The position numbers and the translations under genes were made by a program. From the NCBI GenBank assembly GCA_944393685.1, contig CALYAW010000002.1, forward strand, positions 79,586-143,585: 64,000 bases of DNA, in the 5' to 3' direction. The stretch's first letter is position 1. Each line of letters opens with the position of its first letter. Under the pieces are notes generated by a model that ran no database searches, was not told the origin of the DNA, and saw nothing but the letters and a program-made list of their open reading frames with translations. This DNA comes from an uncultured Alphaproteobacteria bacterium. GTDB taxonomy: Bacteria; Pseudomonadota; Alphaproteobacteria; RF32; CAG-239. Of the stretch, positions 1 through 9,776 are shown one piece after another.

Positions 1-626
1 CTAAAATATTCTTCTAAAATTGGGTTTATGCTATCTTCTTGATTGCCAGAATCCGGTTTCCGAAAAAGTAATTCTTGATATTTTTTCAATGATCGAGGTG
101 ATGTCATGAGATAAAAATTAGCAATTTTATCGGCATCTCGCGCCAAAAATATAATATCCTCAATTTCTTGACGTAACTTCTTATCTGTTATGGCTTGATA
201 CTCAACATCTGCATAAAATTTTTCTATCATATGTCCATGATGTCTTATGGGAATTATTATGCGTGGATCATTATACTCCGGAAACTGAGACAAAAATTCT
301 GCTCCACGTTCGCCGTGATCAAGTAATTGTTTGAATGTTTTATATACACTGCCGGCCTTTTCATAATCATAAATTTCTCTAATTTCAGGAAAACGTCCTA
401 TATCATGTAATAAGTAAGCTAATGTTGCACAACGAATAAAATCGGACGAGCGATTGTGAAATGTTTTTTCGTGCTTCATAATGTAGTTGCCGGCTCCGAT
501 AACCTGCAAAGAGTGTTGTAGTTTCTCCTCACAGTAGACTTTGCACCAACTACTGTCTTTCACATGTTCATATGTTTTTTTATATTCTTGTCGTAATAGT
601 TCTATTTCTTTTTGATATTTTTTCAT
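1..626 (-). CDS. HD-domain phosphohydrolase, partial (C-terminus lies beyond the window start)
   Basis: Minus-strand ATG at 626..624 gives MKKYQKEIELL...; the HD motif 'AYLLHDIGRF' is present and the frame stays open to position 1. I spot-checked the translation at 441..479 (MKHEKTFHNRSSD). The ORF is absent from the supplied track because it runs off the edge. Confidence 0.6.
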   Translation of the reverse strand, partial: MKKYQKEIELLRQEYKKTYEHVKDSSWCKVYCEEKLQHSLQVIGAGNYIMKHEKTFHNRSSDFIRCATLAYLLHDIGRFPEIREIYDYEKAGSVYKTFKQLLDHGERGAEFLSQFPEYNDPRIIIPIRHHGHMIEKFYADVEYQAITDKKLRQEIEDIIFLARDADKIANFYLMTSPRSLKKYQELLFRKPDSGNQEDSINPILEEYF

Positions 627-740
627 CTCTACCTCTATCGCGCGTTTAGGTTAATGAAAAATAATTAATATTGTTTTAACCCTTCTTCTGAAACTTTAGG
701 CTACAAAAAAACACCCGCCTTATTGGACAGGTGTCTTAAA

Positions 741-816
741 TGGTACGCGCGCGGGGGTTCGAACCCCGGACCCACTGATTAAGAGTCAGTTGCTCTACCA
801 ACTGAGCTACGCACGC
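741..816 (-). tRNA. tRNA-Lys (anticodon CTT)
   Basis: The reverse complement reads GCGTGCGTAGCTCAGTTGGTAGAGCAACTGACTCTTAATCAGTGGGTCCGGGGTTCGAACCCCCGCGCGTACCA. It has a canonical D-arm (TAGCTCAGTTGGTAGAGCA), an anticodon stem ACTGA/TCAGT with loop CTCTTAA (U33, anticodon CTT), a T-loop TTCGAAC and an encoded CCA. The acceptor stem carries two G.U pairs. Confidence 0.85.
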
Positions 817-894
817 ATATATCTTCTTTCAAACTAGGGCGAATATAGACTCTATTTTTTTTATTTGCAACATTTTTTTTGTAAAATTTTAAAC

Positions 895-2022
895 TTAAAG
901 TTTATGGGGAAGATAAAGACTAAATACCGTATATTTTCCAACAGATGAGCGCATTTTTATTTTGCCTTTGAGTGTCGTTGTTAGTTTCTTTACAATACTT
1001 AACCCTAGTCCGGCTCCCATTTGGCGATTGTTTGCTATTTTTTGACTCTGGTAAAAATCTTCAAATATTTTTCGAGCATCAATGCTGTCTATTCCAACCC
1101 CATTATCTATTATGCGAATTACTATATATTCTTTCTGTTTGCTACAACTTATGATTATTTTGTTCTTTGTGTATTTCAAAGCATTGCTAAGTAAATTCCT
1201 TATAATTCTTTCTATTAATAAATAGTCGCTGTAAATCCAAACCAAAGGAATATGACATCGAATATGTATATCTTTTTGTGAGGCCGCCGTTTTATACTCT
1301 GAGCACAAACGTTTCAAAAGCGCTGTTAGATTAATCTCTTTGTATTCAGGCGTGATTTTATCAAATTCTATTTTGGATAAATCCAACATATTATCCAACA
1401 TAAAACGAAAATTCACCACCGAATCATCTATTTTTTTAATCAATGTTTTTTGCTCCGGACTAGGATTGGTATCTCCTAAAGCATCGGTAAATAATTGGAG
1501 GGCCTGTAAAGGTTGTCGCAAATCATGGCTGGCTTGTGCTAAAAAATAAGATTTGGATCTACAGGCGTCTTCTGCCTTTTTTTGAGCTCTTTGTAACACT
1601 TGAAGTTGATGTATCCAATCACTGATGTTTTGAAATGTTCCTGCAACTCTGTTTCCTCTGATATCTGCCGTAAATCTACAATAAATTATTTGTCCGCTCA
1701 AATGACGAATACGGATTTCTCCTTGAACAGGATTTTGATGCTTTATCAACTCAATGATTTTTTGCTTATATATAGGCATATCTTCCGGCAAAATCTGCTC
1801 TCGGAAAAGATTTTTTCTGCTACTTATCTGAGTTCCTTTGATTCCAAAAATTTGGTACATCTCTGATGACCAATAAAATCGTTTGGACTGTAAATCAAGT
1901 TCCCAATACCCTATCCTTGCCAATCTTTCTGCAAATCGCATTCGTTGCAATACTGAAAAATGATTTTCTGCATTGCAAAAATTTACATGGGTTTCTCTTT
2001 TTTCTGAAACTGTTTGTGTCAT
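895..2022 (-). CDS. Cytoplasmic PAS-domain sensor histidine kinase (no transmembrane segment, no adjacent response regulator)
   Basis: It has an N-terminal PAS-like segment (YWSSEMYQIFGI), a HisKA H-box 'SHDLRQPLQALQLF', and HATPase_c motifs (NLLSNALKYT; IDNGVGI; GAGLGLSIV). Confidence 0.8.
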   Translation of the reverse strand: MTQTVSEKRETHVNFCNAENHFSVLQRMRFAERLARIGYWELDLQSKRFYWSSEMYQIFGIKGTQISSRKNLFREQILPEDMPIYKQKIIELIKHQNPVQGEIRIRHLSGQIIYCRFTADIRGNRVAGTFQNISDWIHQLQVLQRAQKKAEDACRSKSYFLAQASHDLRQPLQALQLFTDALGDTNPSPEQKTLIKKIDDSVVNFRFMLDNMLDLSKIEFDKITPEYKEINLTALLKRLCSEYKTAASQKDIHIRCHIPLVWIYSDYLLIERIIRNLLSNALKYTKNKIIISCSKQKEYIVIRIIDNGVGIDSIDARKIFEDFYQSQKIANNRQMGAGLGLSIVKKLTTTLKGKIKMRSSVGKYTVFSLYLPHKL

Positions 2023-2030
2023 ACATCCTC

Positions 2031-3008
2031 TTATATTAAGGACGAGGGTGAAAGTATTTTGGATGTTTCTGGAGATAATCTAAAATACCATCCCTCATAC
2101 AGAAATTTGTTATCCTTAATATAATCATTGACTATGCTCATTGGAAGAGGTGTTGTCGATAATGTTATATGAAGCCACTCTTCATTGTGTTCATTGTTAT
2201 AAAAATCAAGATAGAAGACTAAGCCTTGAAAAGTGATAATTTCCATTCGTCGTGACAATAAAAATGTTTTTTGAGAAAAAGTATTTTTATCGGCAACATC
2301 TTCGGCTATTAAACGTTCAAGAACATTGGTTAACGCCTGAGCTCTAATTGTATATCCTTGAGTATCTGTAAATTTTTGCGATGCATCCTTGCGACCTATC
2401 GTTGCGATTTTTCCATCTGTATAAAAACGAATAGTTTCTATCAGTGATTCCGGTAATTCCAATATGGGTTGCAACATCCAGGAATACGCTTGTTGCGGCA
2501 TTTCAAAACGACCGCTGATTAACCATATTTCTTGATTTTTTAGTTTGGCGAAATGATAAAGTCCGTTTTCTGTTTGTTTTCCTAATATTATTGAATTTAG
2601 TTGATCTTTTCCGGAATAAATTTCAATTTGTGTTCCTGTATTTAATTTGTCTTTCTCTGGTGAGTTTAAGTGAAAATCTTTTATTGCTTGTGAAGTGCTT
2701 TTCCTTTTACTGAAAAAAACAGATGTATTGAAATCATTCAAAAGCGTGTTAAGAAGGTATGTCCCCGCATAGTACCCACCCTTTTCTTTTACTCTCCATA
2801 AATTATCTCTCAATTCCAACGTGATTGTTTCCTTAGAATTGCGGATAATTATTTTATCCAACTCAGTTCCGTGTTTATATGTTTCTGCAAACACTAATGT
2901 TCCTTGAGATTGTTTCGGAAATTTAAAATTGGTAAACATCATGCTTAGTATCATTAATAAAAACGCAAAAACAGCCAACCCCAAAGCATAATATAAATTT
3001 TTACTCAT
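2031..3008 (-). CDS. DUF4340-like accessory protein of a Gld-type ABC transporter
   Basis: The ORF track gives 2031..3059. I prefer the internal Met (MSKNLYYALGLAVFAFLLMIL, N-terminal TM), which overlaps the upstream stop by only 8 nt. It is co-oriented and contiguous with the GldG/GldF/GldA-like genes. Confidence 0.5.
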   Translation of the reverse strand: MSKNLYYALGLAVFAFLLMILSMMFTNFKFPKQSQGTLVFAETYKHGTELDKIIIRNSKETITLELRDNLWRVKEKGGYYAGTYLLNTLLNDFNTSVFFSKRKSTSQAIKDFHLNSPEKDKLNTGTQIEIYSGKDQLNSIILGKQTENGLYHFAKLKNQEIWLISGRFEMPQQAYSWMLQPILELPESLIETIRFYTDGKIATIGRKDASQKFTDTQGYTIRAQALTNVLERLIAEDVADKNTFSQKTFLLSRRMEIITFQGLVFYLDFYNNEHNEEWLHITLSTTPLPMSIVNDYIKDNKFLYEGWYFRLSPETSKILSPSSLI

Positions 3009-4851
3009 TGATGTATTCCTCTGCTTTTCGACGATTACGTCTAAACATGAACTCAACAACCAAAATCATCACGCCTATAATTCCTACTGTAATTATGAGA
3101 TTGTATATTATGAAACGATTGATAATTTCTTGATATTTTTGGGTAGTTTGATATTCAATACGTTGTTTTTGTTTTTGAAGTTTTAGTTTTTTACGTTGCA
3201 ATTTTTCAATTTCACGCGTGAGTTTGAGAGACGGGATTAATTCGTTATGACCAATCTGCTGAAAAAGCTGTGAAAGCCTTGCTTCTGTTTTATTTAATTC
3301 TTCAACTGTTTTCTGAACATCTTTTGCATAAGCTTGTTGAGCTTGCAAGGCAAAGACATTTGTCAAAGATTGCGATAGAAATGGTGTTTTTTTAGGCTTG
3401 ATATTTAATGCTTTTTTGGATGCAGACAAATAATCTATTGCGTTTAGCAAAAAATCAACATTACCGCTAAAGGGCTCCATATGATACCATTCTTGTTGTT
3501 CCTTAAGTGATTTATTCCACGTACTTGCGAGCAAAATATCACTATCAGCAACAACCAATAAACTGCTTTTATCCAAAGATAAACTCACAAATGGTACTTC
3601 TTTGATTGCACTGATATAGGGTTCTTTGAAATAAGAATTAAATTTTCCTTCCAGAAGCACCGCTAACGGATATTCCCCTTCTGTAGAGTGCAATGTTTTT
3701 AATTCCTGTCCTAAACTTTGATGTGATAATTCAGCGTTGTTTACTTCAACTCCATTGGGCGAAGATGTAAATAAAACTTGAGTATTTATACCTTCTTGCG
3801 GGGTCACTATCAATTTGGATGCCGTATTCATGTTGATATTGGAAACACCTGTCATTATTGTATGATCTGAAAACAAATCAGGTGTAATCTGCAACCAGAA
3901 TGGATAATTGATTGCTTTATTATCAATTTGCACAATTCTGTTTTTATTTAAGTCACCAATAACCGTGTCCGGAATATATGTAATACCTAGGCGTTTAAGA
4001 AATTCGGGCAAATATGAAACCGATAACATTTTTGGAGGCATCAATTGATGGGCTAACATATAATCAGACAAGGAATCCATCAACATAATAACCTTTCCTC
4101 CATACATTAAAAATTGATCAATTGCATAAAGTGCCACATTAGATAATTCTACAGGGTTAACAACCAATAAAACATCCACATTAAATGGAATTTGCCCTGT
4201 TTGCGGACTAACATAAGTTAGGTCATAATCGCGAGCTAATAATTCTGTAATCGGCCATGGTGATGTATGATCAAAAGCGTCCGGACTTGGAATAAGTTTA
4301 AAAGCCGGTGAGAGAATACCTATATCTGTTCGTTGAGAATTGTCCAGATTGCTTAATATACGACTAATATCTTGCTCCAGATATTTTTGTCGTTGCGGAT
4401 TGAGAAATGGTAATGTGCGCATATGTCCGCTATCATCTGAAATGACTAATCCTAAAAAACCTGTCTGATTGGTATTGTTTGAAATTAACTCCTCAATTTC
4501 CAGATTACGAGCTTCTGCTTCTTGTATTGAAAAGGGATCAATGTTTACAATCTGCAAACCTAGATGATTGTGAGAATGTATTTGATATTGTTCCAAAAGT
4601 TTGACAACGTATAAGGCATATTCCGATAAAGAAGGATCTATTCTTTTCAGATCAGATGATTTGTATAGGCGGATGTATATGTCTTTTTTGTTTGTGTTGA
4701 GCCAATGCAATGTTTCCGGCTGTAAAGTATATTTTCTGTCTGCTGTTAGATCAAATATTTGAGAGCTACCAAACAAAAATACCGCTATATTCAGAGCTAC
4801 GAAAGAAAACAGGAGTAATAAAGCAAAGCTGATTATGTGTGTTTTTTTCAT
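3001..4851 (-). CDS. GldG-like ABC-transporter auxiliary component (616 aa)
   Basis: Large periplasmic-type protein with N- and C-terminal TM segments; it sits immediately downstream of an ABC-2 permease and ABC ATPase, as in gldA/gldF/gldG-type operons (COG3225-like). Confidence 0.6.
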   Translation of the reverse strand: MKKTHIISFALLLLFSFVALNIAVFLFGSSQIFDLTADRKYTLQPETLHWLNTNKKDIYIRLYKSSDLKRIDPSLSEYALYVVKLLEQYQIHSHNHLGLQIVNIDPFSIQEAEARNLEIEELISNNTNQTGFLGLVISDDSGHMRTLPFLNPQRQKYLEQDISRILSNLDNSQRTDIGILSPAFKLIPSPDAFDHTSPWPITELLARDYDLTYVSPQTGQIPFNVDVLLVVNPVELSNVALYAIDQFLMYGGKVIMLMDSLSDYMLAHQLMPPKMLSVSYLPEFLKRLGITYIPDTVIGDLNKNRIVQIDNKAINYPFWLQITPDLFSDHTIMTGVSNINMNTASKLIVTPQEGINTQVLFTSSPNGVEVNNAELSHQSLGQELKTLHSTEGEYPLAVLLEGKFNSYFKEPYISAIKEVPFVSLSLDKSSLLVVADSDILLASTWNKSLKEQQEWYHMEPFSGNVDFLLNAIDYLSASKKALNIKPKKTPFLSQSLTNVFALQAQQAYAKDVQKTVEELNKTEARLSQLFQQIGHNELIPSLKLTREIEKLQRKKLKLQKQKQRIEYQTTQKYQEIINRFIIYNLIITVGIIGVMILVVEFMFRRNRRKAEEYINE

Positions 4852-4853
4852 GT

Positions 4854-5585
4854 TCAGCTCCTTTTATACATAACGGCAACAATGTTAAACCACAACACAA
4901 GGACAATGAAGCTTACATAATAAAAAATATTAGCAATACTTATTTGCCCGGATATAATATTCAGAAAGTGTTGTTCAAAACTAAAGACCTGACTAATGCG
5001 TATTATTATTTCGTTTGATATCTCAGCTTTCTGCAAAAAGATACTGTAATCTATACTGCTAAGCAAAAAACAAGACAACAAAGATATTACGAATGAAGTG
5101 ATGGCATGTGATGTTAGTGCGGAAATAGTGGCACAAATGGAGCATAGCGCACCTGACATTAGCAAACATCCTGCAAAATTTATGAGAATCCCTCCTCTAT
5201 CCACATCTATTTCTTGTGCGCTAAAAAAACAAAGTCCGGAAACAGATATTAGCAAACAACCACTTAAAGCCCATGCTGCAAAAAACTTTCCAAACACCAT
5301 CGAACTTATAGAAATCGGCTGGCTTAAAAGTAATTCTAATGTATTTTGACGATGCTCATCGGTCCATAGTTTCATAGTTATTGCCGGTATTATCAATAGG
5401 AGTATCTCGTTTTGCATCTGAAAAAATTGTTGCATGGTTTCTTCTGTATTTGAGAGGAAATCTGTTCCGTAAAAAACCGCCAGCATAACCAAAAGAGCAT
5501 AAATTCCAAGTATAAACCATCCTAGGCGACTGCGAAAGTAGCCGTTGAATTCTTTTTTGAATATTGTGTATGTATGCGTTGACAT
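4854..5585 (-). CDS. ABC-2 family permease (GldF-like)
   Basis: 243-aa polytopic membrane protein; its start lies 2 nt after the stop of the ATPase gene. Confidence 0.7.
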   Translation of the reverse strand: MSTHTYTIFKKEFNGYFRSRLGWFILGIYALLVMLAVFYGTDFLSNTEETMQQFFQMQNEILLLIIPAITMKLWTDEHRQNTLELLLSQPISISSMVFGKFFAAWALSGCLLISVSGLCFFSAQEIDVDRGGILINFAGCLLMSGALCSICATISALTSHAITSFVISLLSCFLLSSIDYSIFLQKAEISNEIIIRISQVFSFEQHFLNIISGQISIANIFYYVSFIVLVLWFNIVAVMYKRS

Positions 5586-5594
5586 CCGTTTTCC

Positions 5595-6311
5595 CTATTT
5601 TTCCATTGTCAGAGACTGAAACGCTTGTTCTATGTCTGTTGATGATGTGTTTTTTATAAGAAGTTGCGGTGTGGTGTCACAAATAAGGCGTCCATGATTT
5701 ATCAAAATCACCCTGTCTGCCATAGCTTCAACCTCCTCCATTATATGAGTGGAAATTATAACCGTGTTTTTTTTGCCATAATTTTTTATAAAGCCACGTA
5801 TAGATTGTTTCTGATTGGGATCAAGTCCTTCGGTCGGCTCATCTAAAATAACTGTTTTCGGACGATGAATCAATGCTCCGGCAATAGCAACTCGACGTTT
5901 GTATCCTTTGGATAATGTTTCACACTTTTGATTAATCACGCTTTCAATGTCCAGTTCTTTTGCCAGACTTAAAAGGTTATCAATAAAACTTTGTTCCGTC
6001 ATGTTTCTTAAGTCTGCCATGTATTTTATATATTCAAAAACACTCATTTCAGGATACAAAGCTCCGACTTCTGGAACATAGGCCGTATTTTGTAAGGCTT
6101 TCAGACGATCTTTCACAATGTTATGATGATTGATTAGTATTTCTCCGAAATCTGGTTGATAAAAACCAACAATTAGGCGCATTAGTGTTGTCTTGCCTGC
6201 TCCGTTCGGACCTAAAAGCGCTACAACCTCGTTATTTCCAATGCAAACATTGAGTTTATCAATCGCTTTTGTTGTGCCAAATGTTTTACATAATTCTTTG
6301 ATAACAATCAT
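5595..6311 (-). CDS. ABC transporter ATP-binding protein (GldA-like)
   Basis: Walker A 'GPNGAGKTT', ABC signature 'LSKGYKRRV', Walker B 'ILDEPTEGLD'. Confidence 0.9.
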   Translation of the reverse strand: MIVIKELCKTFGTTKAIDKLNVCIGNNEVVALLGPNGAGKTTLMRLIVGFYQPDFGEILINHHNIVKDRLKALQNTAYVPEVGALYPEMSVFEYIKYMADLRNMTEQSFIDNLLSLAKELDIESVINQKCETLSKGYKRRVAIAGALIHRPKTVILDEPTEGLDPNQKQSIRGFIKNYGKKNTVIISTHIMEEVEAMADRVILINHGRLICDTTPQLLIKNTSSTDIEQAFQSLTMEK

Positions 6312-6464
6312 ATGCTTTCCTGTCTAATGCGCTTAATTTATTTTTATCTTAACAAAATAATTTTAAATTTTAACAATTATTTTTATTTTTCAAAATCTTT
6401 GGTGACAAAATATTTATTTTACATTATGTATATAGTAGATTTTACTTAAAGGATTAGAAAACAA

Positions 6465-6965
6465 ATGTTAATACGCGAAGTCTATACAAAAGAAGAAACA
6501 AGATATCTTAGAATTGCCTTTTTGGTTTCGCTGGTGATTGTTTTGATTGTCGGACTATGGATTGTAAACAAAAAACGGGTGAGCCATTCCGACGAAGGTT
6601 CTTATTATGCTCTGGATGCCAGATTTAATCGTACTGATGGTCTGTTGGTCGGCGATTTGGTTAGGGTTGCCGGTATTAATGTCGGAAAAGTCATTAACGC
6701 AAAATTAGATGAAAATTTTAAGGCCGTTTTGACGCTTGAAATTAAAGAGAATGTTAAAATTCCTGATGACAGTAGCGCTTCTATTGTCAGTTCGGGCCTA
6801 ATGGGAGCCAAATATATTGAGATAGAACCCGGTGGATCTGAAGATATGTTGGAACCAGGCGCTGAATTTGCCTATACTCAAGATGCTATGGTTATTGAGG
6901 AGCTGCTTGATAGAATTGTGAGCATCGGTAAAGCTAATCGTAAATCCGAAACCAACAAAAAATAA
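6465..6965 (+). CDS. mlaD: MlaD/MCE-domain outer-membrane lipid-asymmetry protein
   Basis: N-terminal TM anchor plus an MCE domain (VRVAGINVGKV...; IPDDSSASIVSSGLMGAKYIEIEPG). A spaced RBS-like GGATTAG lies upstream. Confidence 0.75.
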   Translation: MLIREVYTKEETRYLRIAFLVSLVIVLIVGLWIVNKKRVSHSDEGSYYALDARFNRTDGLLVGDLVRVAGINVGKVINAKLDENFKAVLTLEIKENVKIPDDSSASIVSSGLMGAKYIEIEPGGSEDMLEPGAEFAYTQDAMVIEELLDRIVSIGKANRKSETNKK

Positions 6966-6995
6966 TTAGAGAATCGATTGATAAGGAGACTTTTT

Positions 6996-7457
6996 ATGAA
7001 TAAAAAACCAGTTGAAACAATTATGGGCATTTTGGTATTGTTGGTTGCTGCCTTTTTTGCCTATTTTGCTTATAATGTGTCCGATTTGCAAGTTGTAAAA
7101 GGGTATAATGTTACTGCTCGTTTCTTAAAAGTCGGTGGTTTGACTGTAGGATCAGATGTACGTCTCAATGGTATTAAAATCGGTACCGTAATTGCACAAA
7201 AACTTGATCCTCAAGACTATACTGCTGAGATTAAAATGAGTTTAAGTTCGGATATCAACTTGCCGACAGACAGTATTGCCGCTATTACCGGCGATGGCTT
7301 GGTGGGTGATAAATATATTAAAATTGAACCAGGTCATGCAAAAACTTTTCTTCAAGATGGTGATGTATTCAAAAACACAAAAGATTACAAAACATTAGAA
7401 GATATGGTCGGTGAGATTATTTTTATGGTGACCGATAATGGTTCTGAAAGTAAATAA
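6996..7457 (+). CDS. MlaD/MCE-domain protein, tandem paralog
   Basis: Same architecture (VRLNGIKIGTV; LPTDSIAAITGDGLVGDKYIKIEPG). I prefer the ATG at 6996 with an AAGGAG RBS over the TTG at 6978 in the ORF track. Confidence 0.7.
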   Translation: MNKKPVETIMGILVLLVAAFFAYFAYNVSDLQVVKGYNVTARFLKVGGLTVGSDVRLNGIKIGTVIAQKLDPQDYTAEIKMSLSSDINLPTDSIAAITGDGLVGDKYIKIEPGHAKTFLQDGDVFKNTKDYKTLEDMVGEIIFMVTDNGSESK

Positions 7458-8271
7458 TTTCTTATTTCTGACTACCTTGCTGAGCAGTGTATGTTTGCAA
7501 AATTTGCAAGCTGCCGATATTGAAACAAATACCGCTCGTATGCAAGCTATGGACAAAATAACCGGCAAGGTTAGCGAAATTGACGTTCCGGTTAATGCTC
7601 CTGTCAGGTTTGGAAGTTTTTCCGTTTTAGTACGAAAGTGTGTGACTAAAACTCCTGAAGAAACACCGGAAAATACGGCTTTTGTGGATGTTGTTGATGA
7701 TTATAACAATCAAGAACCCGTAAATATATTTAAAGGGTGGATGTTTTCTTCAAGCCCTGCCCTCAGTGCTGTTGAACATCCTATTTATGATGTATGGTTA
7801 CTGAAATGTTATAATAAAGATAATCCTTCTGTGAAGACTTTGAGTGAAGAGGAACTGCGTCTTCGTGATGAAATCAAAATGATGAGAATCAATCCGAAGA
7901 TTGCTCAAAAAGAAGAAGCTCCTGAGGAAACGCAGACTTCTGAACTAGATGCTATGATAAAGGAAACTATCGCCTCCGCTTCGAAATTACAAGAAGATAA
8001 TTTATCTCCTTTAGAAAAGATAAAAGAAGACAACCCCTCACAAGTTGTTGTCGTTACCTCATCTGAAGCAGATGTAAATTCGGATAATAACGCCCCTCAA
8101 GCATTGTTTGAAATTAAAACAGAGCAAGATAATACGGATAAAACTACAGAAGAAATTGCTTCTCAAGATGAAATTTCCAATGTTGACGAGAAGCCTTTGG
8201 ATACTGTCGTTTTTGAAGTTGAAGATGAAAACGGCTATCCTGAAGATGAGTTTGAAGATGTTATAGAATAA
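7438..8271 (+). CDS. DUF2155-like secreted protein with an acidic Asp/Glu-rich C-terminal tail
   Basis: Signal-peptide-like N-terminus, a conserved core (RFGSFSVLVRKC...AFVDV), then a highly acidic low-complexity tail. It overlaps the MlaD paralog's stop and ends before a terminator hairpin. Confidence 0.55.
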   Translation: MVLKVNNFLFLTTLLSSVCLQNLQAADIETNTARMQAMDKITGKVSEIDVPVNAPVRFGSFSVLVRKCVTKTPEETPENTAFVDVVDDYNNQEPVNIFKGWMFSSSPALSAVEHPIYDVWLLKCYNKDNPSVKTLSEEELRLRDEIKMMRINPKIAQKEEAPEETQTSELDAMIKETIASASKLQEDNLSPLEKIKEDNPSQVVVVTSSEADVNSDNNAPQALFEIKTEQDNTDKTTEEIASQDEISNVDEKPLDTVVFEVEDENGYPEDEFEDVIE

Positions 8272-8291
8272 AAATTTATTTTTATATTTCT

Positions 8292-8330
8292 TAAAGACGG
8301 TGCCATATAGGTTGGAACCGTCTTTTTATT
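8292..8330. terminator. Bidirectional rho-independent terminator
   Basis: AAAGACGGT...ACCGTCTTT stem followed by TTATTT; it sits between convergent genes ending at 8271 (plus strand) and 8326 (minus strand). Confidence 0.6.
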
Positions 8331-9759
8331 TCCAAAAATTTTTGGTAAATATAACCAAAATGGTCATAACTTCTAGACGACCCAGCAACATGGCAAACGC
8401 TAATATATATTTTACCCCAGCGGGAAAAAATCCGTAATTTCCCGCAGGTCCTATGGATGGAACAATTCCCGGGCCTGCATTTGTCATGGAAGCTAAAACG
8501 GCACTAAATGATGTTGTAAAATCATAGCCAAATAATGAAACCAATATTGTTAAGACTACCAAACTGATGCCAAAAGCAATAAATAAAACATATACAGAAG
8601 AAGATACTTCTGAGTTGATTGGCACTGTTCCGACCTTTAGAGGAGACATCCTATTGGGTTCTAAAGTCGTTATTAGAGCTCTTTTAAGCTGTGCCCAAAT
8701 TACTTGCCATCTGAATATTTTGATAGAACCGGATGTCGAACCTGTACATCCTCCGGTAAGACTAAAAATCACAAAAGCCGTTCCCGCAAAAGCTCCCCAT
8801 TGCAAATAATCTGTTGATACAAATCCTGTGGTGGTAACTATAGAAACTATATTAAACGCAGACTGGCGCAATGCCGTTTCAAAATCATATCTTCCGGTAT
8901 ATGTCAGCCAAATAGTCATAAATAATATGTATACAACCAAGACTTTTATAAAGGTATTAACTTGTGTCGAACGAACAGAATGAATATTACGTGTCGCAAG
9001 TAGGCTATGATAGAATGTCAGTGGCAACGCTCCCAAAAACATAAATAGTGTAATTATCCATTCTATTGACGGGCTATGAAAAGCTCCGATAGATTCATTT
9101 TTGGTTGATAATCCCCCTGTGGCGATGCTGCTTAAAGCATGGCACAATGCGTCAAACCAATTCATTCCTGCCAGTTTTAAGGATAATAGACATGCTGTTA
9201 CTAAGATTACATATACCCCTATAATTCTTTTGGCAATATAACTAATTTTGGGCATAAATTTTTCATTAACATCCGAATTCTCTCGTTGAAAAATCTGCAT
9301 GCCGCCTATTCCTAAAAAAGGAAGCATTGCAATGGCAAAAATAACTATTCCGATACCTCCTAAACCATTTAGTAATGCGCGCCATAACAATATTGATCGT
9401 GGCAAGGCTTCTACATCTGAAAAAATACTGGCGCCTGTCGTTGAAATACCAGAAGCTGCTTCAAAAACGGCATCTGCAAAATTTGAGCCATATAACATAA
9501 ATGGAACGGCTGACAATATTGTTATTGCAAACCAAATGATTGATGTTAAAAGATAGGCTTGGCGCAAATTTATATCTCGTATTTTTCCACGATTGGATAA
9601 AAATAGAGATAAGCCTATAAAAAAAGATATTATTGCAGAATTGATAAAAATTGACCATTTTGCGTTGCTGAAATACATATCTACAGCAGCCGGAAAAAGC
9701 ATTGCTATTCCAAGAACACTGATAAAATAACCACTAATCATCAAAACAGGCTGCCACAT
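8326..9759 (-). CDS. trkH: TrkH-family potassium uptake membrane protein
   Basis: 477 aa, polytopic, with the repeated selectivity-filter-like motifs typical of TrkH/KtrB (..TTTGAS..; ..TGGCTGSTSG..). Confidence 0.85.
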   Translation of the reverse strand: MWQPVLMISGYFISVLGIAMLFPAAVDMYFSNAKWSIFINSAIISFFIGLSLFLSNRGKIRDINLRQAYLLTSIIWFAITILSAVPFMLYGSNFADAVFEAASGISTTGASIFSDVEALPRSILLWRALLNGLGGIGIVIFAIAMLPFLGIGGMQIFQRENSDVNEKFMPKISYIAKRIIGVYVILVTACLLSLKLAGMNWFDALCHALSSIATGGLSTKNESIGAFHSPSIEWIITLFMFLGALPLTFYHSLLATRNIHSVRSTQVNTFIKVLVVYILFMTIWLTYTGRYDFETALRQSAFNIVSIVTTTGFVSTDYLQWGAFAGTAFVIFSLTGGCTGSTSGSIKIFRWQVIWAQLKRALITTLEPNRMSPLKVGTVPINSEVSSSVYVLFIAFGISLVVLTILVSLFGYDFTTSFSAVLASMTNAGPGIVPSIGPAGNYGFFPAGVKYILAFAMLLGRLEVMTILVIFTKNFWK

Positions 9760-9776
9760 AGCATTATCCTATTTAA

